DNA of 64,000 nucleotides from a virus. A program made the translations under genes and the position numbers. Location of the stretch: positions 29,185-93,184 of IMG/VR virus record IMGVR_UViG_3300010885_040738; one strand, given 5' to 3'. The notes under the pieces were generated by a model, which searched no databases, was not told where the DNA came from, and worked only from the letters and a program-made list of their open reading frames with translations. Shown one piece after another: positions 60,901 through 64,000 of this stretch (positions are counted from its first letter, which is position 1; every line of letters begins with the position of its first letter).

Positions 60901-63314
60901 AGCCGGAGATCCCGGAAGGCGTTCAGCCGGCCGTGGCCAGAAAGATCCGCCTCCGGATTGACAAGATCCTTCAGAGCAAAGCTGGGGGCACCGGCTACGT
61001 CGGGGCTTCGCGCAAAAACCTTCGAGGCACCCGAAGCTTTCTCAACCAGCACACTCTGGAGTCAATGTCCGAGGGCATGGAGCACGGAGGTGAACCGGTC
61101 TCCTACAACCCGCTGCTGATGTTTGCGGCCCACTACAACGACGCCATGAAGTACGTGACGGCGTTGCGGATGATCGAAAAGTTTAAGGCAGACGGCACAG
61201 CACGTTTCCTGAAATCCGGGAAGCCGATGTTTGATGGTTACGCCAAACTGGATGACAATGCGGCTCGGGTGGCGCTGAAGACGCCGCAAGGGTTTGTTGC
61301 GACCGGCGAATGGGTATTCCAGCGCAACGCGGCAAACCTTCTGAACAACATGCTTGGGCGCGATTACCTGCGTGAGGTCTACGAGGACGCCCCGATGTCG
61401 CGGTTTACCGGCCGGGCCGGACGTTCACTGCTCAACATCAAAAACGCCTACACTGCGATCGAGCTCGGGTGGTCACCGTATCACGCGGTATTTGAGGGAA
61501 TCGAAGCGGTCGGCTCAATGATGGGCATCGGACTGCGGGAAAGCTACAACACCGGCATCGTCCCGCTGGTGTCGTTCGCGCTGGGGATTCCGACTGATGT
61601 TGGGGTGACGAGCGCAAAGACAGCTTTCAAGAACATCGCGAAGGGCGTCGGAACATTAGCAACGTCCCCTTGGGCGTTCGTGTCCGCTGCGCAGGAAGGG
61701 GCGCAGGCTCGCCGCGGCTGGACCGAAGAGGTGATTGGCGCCGTCGACAATGTAAAGCCGAAGCTGTTTGACAAGCTTCTTCCGGAAGTCGCCGTTGATT
61801 ATCTGATGGCCCGGCGCGCTGAGCGTGCGATGAAGAAGACCGTCGCCGGGCGTCAGTTCGTCAAAAACAACCCAGCTGCAGCGCAGGCAATTCCGTACTA
61901 CTTCATCGGCGGCGGGAAACTTGGCCTGCCGGAGGAATTCGAGACACACGGGGCAGAAGAGCTTCAGCGGCACTGGAACGACATGCTGGACAAGCAGCGG
62001 ACCGGCAATCAGCGGGTGAGTTCGGGTCTCCGTGCCGGGCTCAAGGCGCTGCCGGCGTCCAGCCAGTACATGCTGAAGCCTTTGTTCCAGAACTACATTC
62101 CAAATCTGAAACTGGCGTTTTTCCTCCGCGAGTTTGGGCTTGCTCAGGTAGAGCGCGCCGGCGAGCTGGAGCGCGGCGAGATTACTTTGGATCAGATTGC
62201 CCGGCTGGTCGTCGGGTCAGTGGAAAACAGATTTGGCGAAATGAACTTTGATCGCCTGTTCTGGGATCGCACCATGAAGACCTTCCTGCAGATCCTGTTC
62301 CGCTCTGTTACCTGGAAGATCGGCGAGCTGTCGGAACTGGGGCGGGCGGTTTACGGTCAAGGGAAAGGTTTGCAACGTGATATTGGCAAGGGCCGCATCC
62401 CGCGGCTTGACCCAAGCATGGGCTGGCTTGTTGGCGTTGCCCTTGCGGCCGCGCTGGTCGGCACCGTGTTGACCATGGCGACGACAGGGCACCCGCCGAA
62501 AGATATGCAGGGGTTGCTTTACCCTGTCATTGATGACAGCACGGGCCTGACCGTCGCACTTGCGTCTTATATCAGGAACTACTTCCACATGAAGCATGAC
62601 CCGGTTGGCTATGTGAAGTCTTCGTTTCAGGGCGAGGTCGGCAAGGTCATGGACGTCATCAATAATCAGGATTTCCGGCATCAGAAGATCTGGCAGGACG
62701 ATGACCCGATGTACCAGCAGGCTATGGACGCAATGCTGCACCTGCTTCCGGAGCCAATCACTTCTGGCGGGATCAAGAAGATCCGGCAGGGCGACACCAA
62801 AGAGGGCATAGCCAGCATGCTCGCGTTCTCAAAGGCACCCGCCTACATCGACAAGACCCCGGCTGAACTGCTGGCGCAGGACATTGCCGGACAGCATCGC
62901 AGTGTTGGCGGGCGGTCCAAGGCCGCAGCAGACAAGGCGGAAGCCGCCAGCCGCATTCGCCGCGCATACAAAGCGGGCAACACAAAGGGCGCAGAGGACC
63001 TGATCGCCAAACAGGTCGCCGCCGGTGTTATTTCCAAGTCCGACGGCAACACCTACCGCAATCAGGCAGGGAGAAGCCCTCTCGACGCCATGGTGAAGCA
63101 GTTCTCCGTATCCGAAGCTCTTCGCGTCTACGACAAGGCCGAGGCTGACGAAAAGAAAACGCTGGGGCCAATTGTCAAAGCAAAGGTCTGGCGCGCCAAG
63201 AACTATCACCCAGCAGAATTCGGCGATCCCGGGAGCAACACATGGAACCTTGCGACGAAACACTTTGGGGTCAAACCGCCACCGGCCGCACGTCAGGGGC
63301 AGGTGACTCAGTAA
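45936..63314 (+). CDS. Giant 5792-aa polyvalent virion protein, DarB-like (N6-adenine MTase plus SNF2 helicase), with extra kinase-like, TGT/DpdA-like and wHTH domains and an intein
   Basis: N-terminal GYDVxGARKxGLSxDD x2; MTase NAHYTS, EPSMGVGNF, GVELD, IGNVPF; helicase HEVGAGK/T, DEAH, ATGTP, QREGRIKRQGN; large helical C-terminus. Confidence 0.9.
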   Translation: MADQQGYDVAGARKAGLSDDDILGYLNQDKSYDVDGARKSGLSNDDMIGYLASRPAPAAKVAMAGASPATPATKPVPITGPVPPGLIGPVATPEQAFEAQKNYVPGIPKMSALPNDLDELPRSLATIRARAEGPVDRRVPPGPTGPPTTPEQVVATQKQLSPSIPKMSALPTSTMDDVDEFQRRMNEPTGNRVLDAIRTGDYRKLVPPAPPAKPATITPESTDQDIENAASESFFHHSDQIGRGAARALGAFVSPESLDSMAMIAMTGRGLAALANTPKLARALRNAPEVLKALDVAAGAAVPAAVAGYGGAQLLTQPAPSNLEEATETAINALILGAGTIGAIEAGKSVLSRYAAETSGNVRMPGGAEVPAKSVGGIPEVDPRQAAANAAALESQGQNLAAMYWNGRNLNAPTEFSTTAGRMFLQPAQIIKKAGGKVYRYESVLDADGNLVVGGTPETVRQWLEHRKAKVNTYAAVPGAGGAPLIADVGTVQTGASNLKAAPGTFQTADTALESDAPTPPVTQQPLTPVQQAAGNLMQDTLGFNPMAPGTESAAPQLIPDIKAFQKARAAWLKQTSAARDEWELESDKRAVAFMEANPGVTWEDAKAATADHAPAPQPGQEPRPEDFKTLAPPPKVEPVKEVKPDKTKIVTGRTNNPPTAATATTPESPETIAAQVTQLGEGTRRVVMFPRGQGQPAQFPDNVGITSDGLGNTYAYNKDLITPAAVQTAARNNTLPEILGHAQMGMGAPDKSMLQGDVVVVVVRDANGVEVQSTATDEAHLEQTTAASQALMPEGGSVGIETPEQAVGGRTEAPAALQAPGRVGGGAEAGGAPVQPPEQEVASEYDGVPLSVLSAFPGMISPGLDLIPLSNFSQTEQAALRSAGLVETGTSKSGEYEGVDSGKLWPLRSAASDAGAGKTSTHMPAPPTQFLPPRQVGGETPTGDDALIGGRTDIQAPAPFKFPLLAPFSQTFKNPIVSVGSIRDIYPESTFSQSDYVASATPTLDDDDLETGWLSIPAINGGVLIDPQSGKALSFIGDGTPEATGRAKSEAQTWAIENRIKQPIKSATASIQAPGKVGGVPDAVVARDAKRLADATQAIEQAAASGQKITGQQIQRQFQLGYGAAESLLKSFGLDYLGNPIAEQQPPAQELTPAGAKILDTIQSPEPDGLTARIAEWTSRDGSKKGFSVAFQDPESGEFLPDIRTAETLEQARQIARKALGIPEPDIPEHMENSWQALQDAMRSVVVGGERQNHPDPVAIDVLRALSKTPGGLRAFDSLVASRTEQQPTFLGAGVGHAVLDLGNGEVLKLGKLQKQERSRYALQPEVSGEIGSVAYAIYPKLDTSGISDADVDLVDAQLRSEGLEWSDAGKDNLGRDANGDLKILDGDVTRKPSVPAPRPVGGEASITAAGEFAKKEMAEQERLESLNTGKWAGMSGAQIADAAKELGISTDAFAEATTRRQQIAERGRLIEAIQAKEAAKSQTILPAPRPVGGEAPAPEEKAPTISKDRAQAIIARVSAVMDEAVKAGVIGQENVSDAIAMVLRDIPDDATDAEMDQVIALLRSEALAPIDRVEMKHPLTYFTGSSGPGVEKRANERGDIGLLITPLIDYLGKVQHYPVIAVDNGAFSKATPFSADKFLALLDKVAADPEVARKVQFVVAPDTPMDAKATLEKFPMWAAEIQKRGLPVALAGQNGLEDMIDQIPWDDFDTLFMGGDDEWKLGDFKDEAQKKKWLDLLWEAGQRGKKIHVGRVNSFKRSDFSNYQMEAISVDGTYLAHGPDKNLPKLESWLNRINERPYSMGPRFPNPRPDEAEDSDWSGDPLEFAPYRGSDAMWESRNGKFLIFDQGDNSPLGKFSLVDTETDGTTYHKSYAAAVKAAREEAPPIAPGQAPAPEPANGEVVSWDEAETLLATADAFGGTITRISDTLIHAEANGRRLAFEKLPDGKVRVGPIRAEAPAAAPAPTAPTPAQPNYAPEGITKAEKYVGRLAYQAKKDYARAYLDHLTLDEAAPARGKLSEALEKEVKNEINKHLGKRLAKAPAAKAPAAPAVRELADFLKPGAPPIDWWKTDGIKADWETVRKAYAARAQRPEGAGQTFLDYTRDWEDNRAEAGFDRRTAEAATQVEAPTTQVAALTDLDRSLLEYLGKTKTSEDLLYFEGAGEGEQGLKDMNKALASLANRGLVAREYSQTGGDTKFWRTPEGTKALREKKPVTPQIQTGVAGATPLGVKPEQMEATQADILLRTATRKIDELIEQAETALRNQGENNARAVLDQLSAFLPAARERVAKLASSADGGYVDRLESAIARAEAVIGRYAKKPAARAAQPSAERFDELSKELAEIERSPQYRQDTEAGRNARESANSLSVDVAFHRPAAIARAQAEIDAEKAAKSSKAWKYELKAEGKWSQPLGSPLATEAEAKAAGQSHLDRWMMAEDVRTAEVNEKPTHTWNEAERRQEPIQKEAANAEGNTTSGAATKSDAGSKTGPRRPGEADTASLAEVSAEDSSEAQGEGAPERDGERGGRGARPDGQPNAGGGVRSGSGGRSGSGTVDQSGDTDGGRRGPGDLERQTEGGDFRISDADHIGEGSPRQKLNGNLDAIRIVKAIEKDPRPATPEEQEKLAKYVGWGSLANVFDWRKSEFEGAREELKKLLTPDEYRAAEKSTYNAHYTSPLVISSMWDAMKRLGVKPGFSVIEPSMGVGNFFGLQPDGLMPSRRTGVELDKITGAIAKLLYPDSNVQVTGFERIQLPHNFFDVAIGNVPFGNVGVVDPSYRKTPAATSAIHNYFFVKSLDLTRPGGIVAFITSRYTMDSLGKEVRDMIADRANLIGMFRLPNTAFKGNAGTSVVTDVIFLQKRAPGEARTGPSFIETKKVATADGTETDLNEYYAARPEMMLGELSTQGTQYAADSQTLIGKLTPELLQNAVNQLPENIFSEWHADTPSFDGEFYQLGDEVKDGGYAIKDGVIVQREGNIYRPTVVGKTQGERIRGMIPVRAALRKVFATQLEAESSEKAILDARKELNKAYDKFVKEHGYLSSVANSRALGDDPDYSPLAGALEDWDRDTKTAAKTDIFTKRTIERPSFPDKADTAAEAMAMVLNEKGRLDWNRMQELTGKSLDELRAELTGQVFKNPDGQIWETEDEYLSGNVRKKLRIAEAAAGIDPFYQRNVDALLAIQPADLLPEQIKIVPGAHWIPATTIQEFLREVLGLDSAKVHHAAAVATWSINVPNSYELDRTQNKSFGTENFTGVKLFDMSLNGKAPRVYRPGPGDTRIFDPKATAVALAAQDALNDRFREWIWHNPSRARELAEIYNREINNIRNVEHNGAHLTLPGSNPAIVLRPHQKNAIWRALKTGNTLLAHEVGAGKAQPLDAKILTPSGWKLMGDMTVGDHVIAGDGSVTSVEAVFPQGEKDIFRVEFSDGSATECCDEHLWLTQTYQERNQAQRAEKAEKDWNCGKAEVRSLAEIRNTLIAPHLNAKNHSIPIVGAVHFNAQPVPLHPYLLGTLIGDGCFRGHGSVSISSADKELLDAISLLLPAECELRHQSAYDYVIAWNGQARYAVGDGMVPSHPVVNAVKSLGLWGKYSYEKHIPECYLFNSQEVRASLLQGLMDTDGTVTRRGTSVEYCTTSPKLAAQVTDLVRSLGGIVALRSKQPGYTHQGVRKIGRVAFTLTLSLPPSVLPFRLSRKAILVTPKTKYHPARYITNVAPVGRKQAQCIRVAHRSHLYVTDDYIVTHNTWEMVGIAMESRRLGLSKKPMLVVPNHMAEQFTNEFLQLYPAARILTIGKEDFAADKRKRATARISGGNWDAVIIRHSSFEKIPVSDATFKAFIDRQVEELKAALEAQEAETASAQTTGRRGRGGKKKVDKSVKEIQKAIERLAVKLEKRLNRDKKDDAVTFEELGVDLLLVDEAHAFKALPIVTRRTRVAGIPNRESNRATDMFMKTQYVGDLNGGRRGVVFATGTPVTNTMAELYNMQRYLQLKTLREAGIEHFDAWANAFGMIRTGVELDVSGKGFRENTRFARFVNIPELMAIYKRVADIKTAAMLNLPTPELFTGNVEPISVKETPELTAYVDYLIDRTDVIRGGGVDPKDDNMLKVVSEGKKAALDMRLVDPEAQDRPESKVNTAVGNIYKIWEETSDDKLTQLVFCDLSVPLSAKSRKAKKQKPTDEEQQAEDELDAVPEAAGEAAGFSVYDDMKAKLVARGIPAKEIAFIHDYDSDDAKQDLFDSVKAGRVRVLFGSTEKMGVGTNVQRRMIALHHMDSPWRPADITQREGRIKRQGNKNPKIHIFQYLTEGSFDAFMWQTLETKAMFIAPILSGDSSIREMEDIGMVLPSAAEFKAMASGNPIIKEKIGTDSELARLDAQRNAFRRQQAGVREQIEKLPRDIAWKQRDIARRQSQYDFVEAHQAEGYTIEGVAFTGADARKNAAAALHAELSGTLRLGGSPSKVGTYKGLDIVAWPGSGSYPRLTVNMPGSAYDSQFGEIGISFPVSTNEDNPLGTLQSIEAGVRIYITSPEKQSLELEELLRKQKDLEDQGEKPWPYENRYNTLVKRKIEIDAELDQSEAERVGGAEDGEDTVKRVERRGVSYQERKKLLLARERGENVEYPPLQARHEVGSAPMPSAPAIRTTKNSGPMSAYTPGDGELAPRLNADRTPVLPTWYRQEIDGKNFYSDGVFVIQGDTPEGKIVNNDGLKSYVKPQDGQVEMGPLAYSIDKPRDDGSVLRRVWLSPRLAVDSIPFDYVKKRFPDATFWATDNPTKPVTVRSGDDVVAVIMPLRETAPPANIEPALSAKPRTSSVTLGMGPGQEMYEATAKYIKEETLPWVKRILSEKATMGRALVEILDPRYNTPRPIMDTVSKMAGGRSMAEYLVAKKLDNWSQKFSKMSRQDSINFVDRVKAGLPQPDDDLQDAADFMRRMDDQVWSSIPEDRRPAYLENHFRVMWKVIPDSNKAIAAREARAQELVDGMTDPTRQAYAQDYLAYITEQTPDEPEIPEGVQPAVARKIRLRIDKILQSKAGGTGYVGASRKNLRGTRSFLNQHTLESMSEGMEHGGEPVSYNPLLMFAAHYNDAMKYVTALRMIEKFKADGTARFLKSGKPMFDGYAKLDDNAARVALKTPQGFVATGEWVFQRNAANLLNNMLGRDYLREVYEDAPMSRFTGRAGRSLLNIKNAYTAIELGWSPYHAVFEGIEAVGSMMGIGLRESYNTGIVPLVSFALGIPTDVGVTSAKTAFKNIAKGVGTLATSPWAFVSAAQEGAQARRGWTEEVIGAVDNVKPKLFDKLLPEVAVDYLMARRAERAMKKTVAGRQFVKNNPAAAQAIPYYFIGGGKLGLPEEFETHGAEELQRHWNDMLDKQRTGNQRVSSGLRAGLKALPASSQYMLKPLFQNYIPNLKLAFFLREFGLAQVERAGELERGEITLDQIARLVVGSVENRFGEMNFDRLFWDRTMKTFLQILFRSVTWKIGELSELGRAVYGQGKGLQRDIGKGRIPRLDPSMGWLVGVALAAALVGTVLTMATTGHPPKDMQGLLYPVIDDSTGLTVALASYIRNYFHMKHDPVGYVKSSFQGEVGKVMDVINNQDFRHQKIWQDDDPMYQQAMDAMLHLLPEPITSGGIKKIRQGDTKEGIASMLAFSKAPAYIDKTPAELLAQDIAGQHRSVGGRSKAAADKAEAASRIRRAYKAGNTKGAEDLIAKQVAAGVISKSDGNTYRNQAGRSPLDAMVKQFSVSEALRVYDKAEADEKKTLGPIVKAKVWRAKNYHPAEFGDPGSNTWNLATKHFGVKPPPAARQGQVTQ
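53335..53640 (+). CDS. Nested +1-frame gene (TnpV-like small protein usually found next to DarB-like MTase-helicases)
   Basis: AGAGG SD before the ATG at 53335; GKRILRHWQKYRPKTVQRLKAKGLL..AAEE...GFGADQADEVAREPWI; the host frame here is a low-complexity G/R/S linker. Confidence 0.7.
   Translation: MQKETPQAGPRLSPMQVARQAPEGLGKRILRHWQKYRPKTVQRLKAKGLLNETVNEAAEEHAQTVSQMLGAGFGADQADEVAREPWISPETRTADDEDLET
56034..57140 (+). mobile_element. 369-aa class-3 intein with a LAGLIDADG endonuclease, inserted in the helicase Walker A motif (GAGK^T)
   Basis: Starts with Ala (AQPLDAKILTP) and ends THN/T; WCT signature (DEHLW, AQCIRV, YVTDD); LLGTLIGDG and LLQGLMDTDG. Confidence 0.92.
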
Positions 63315-63334
63315 ACGGTTATAATGGAGCGAAC

Positions 63335-63736
63335 ATGAAACGAGCATTCATCGTCTTACTCGCAATGGCTACCGCCCTCGCGGCCCAGTCGCCGACGATT
63401 GTAAACATGGGAGGGCGTCCGGTCCTGCCGACGGGCACATCGCCGTTTGGTGGCCCATTCGAGTTCAGGTGGCAGGCACTGCCGACCAGCCTGACCGATG
63501 TTGCGACATCAACGGCACACATCACGGGGTATTGCTTTTACAACAGCAATGCCGCCGCTCGTACGCTGACCATTCAGACCAAGGACGGATCGCCGTTACC
63601 GTTGCCGTTGTCGGGAAGTTTGGCGACCGCTACGACTGTGTGTTTCACGTTTGACCAAGGGCTGCTGGTTAATGGCGGTTTCTCGGTTCAGGCATCTGGC
63701 GCGGGGGTCTACTACTATGCGAAATTCACTAATTAA
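63335..63736 (+). CDS. Signal-peptide-bearing beta-sandwich protein (virion or secreted)
   Basis: [17 protein letters not shown]|Q; TATAAT and GGAG upstream; two Cys. Confidence 0.7.
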   Translation: MKRAFIVLLAMATALAAQSPTIVNMGGRPVLPTGTSPFGGPFEFRWQALPTSLTDVATSTAHITGYCFYNSNAAARTLTIQTKDGSPLPLPLSGSLATATTVCFTFDQGLLVNGGFSVQASGAGVYYYAKFTN

Positions 63737-64000
63737 GCTGGCCCTCGGGCTGACTCTGTGTGGCGTTGTATTCGGGCAGGGCGGAGTGTCTCAATATCCA
63801 TTGGGCGCTTCCGGCCCCGCTGGCGGAGACCTCAGCGGAACATACCCGAACCCGACTGTAGGGAAAGTGAATGGGATTGCAGTCACCGGAACCCCGGCAA
63901 CCGGGTACGTCCCGACAGCGACAAGCGCGTCGGCTGCGACATGGCAGGCCACGGCCAGTTCACTCCCTCCGTCCGGGCCTGCCGGGGGTGATCTCAGCGG
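63717..64000 (+). CDS. Signal-peptide-bearing fibre-like protein with GPAGGDLSG(TYPNP) repeats; partial
   Basis: Manual translation [20 protein letters not shown]|[28 protein letters not shown]...SGPAGGDLS. Confidence 0.7.
   Translation, partial: MRNSLIKLALGLTLCGVVFGQGGVSQYPLGASGPAGGDLSGTYPNPTVGKVNGIAVTGTPATGYVPTATSASAATWQATASSLPPSGPAGGDLS

Overview
This 64 kb window is part of a tailed dsDNA phage or prophage genome, about 60% GC by eye. The gene layout is podovirus-like: no tail tube, sheath or tape measure, but a tail-tubular-like gene and large internal (ejection) proteins. Left to right: (1) a repeat- and IHF-site-rich non-coding region and a probable small terminase; (2) a 4.9 kb leftward cassette of small early-type genes plus a serine recombinase, bounded by 48-bp direct repeats; (3) small accessory genes (PD-(D/E)XK nuclease, DUF1737, RHH, HExxH); (4) the head module: TerL, a HiPIP-like protein, portal, an Acb1-like 2H phosphoesterase, scaffold and major capsid; (5) tail and receptor-binding genes, several of which carry Sec-type signal peptides and many Cys; (6) a leftward moron (RHH, DUF3307, R2K ATP-grasp) invaded by an HNH endonuclease that brought a recoded copy of its target's 5' end; (7) ejection proteins, ending in a 5792-aa polyvalent DarB-like protein. 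That protein combines a kinase-like domain, a TGT/DpdA-like base-exchange domain, an N6-adenine methyltransferase, an SNF2 helicase with a class-3 intein, and a fully nested out-of-frame gene. The signal-peptide style (..A/G-Q) hints at an Acidobacteria- or Bacteroidota-type diderm host (inference only). No tRNA, rRNA, CRISPR, lysis or replication genes were recognised. All family assignments come from motif recognition by eye, not from database searches.
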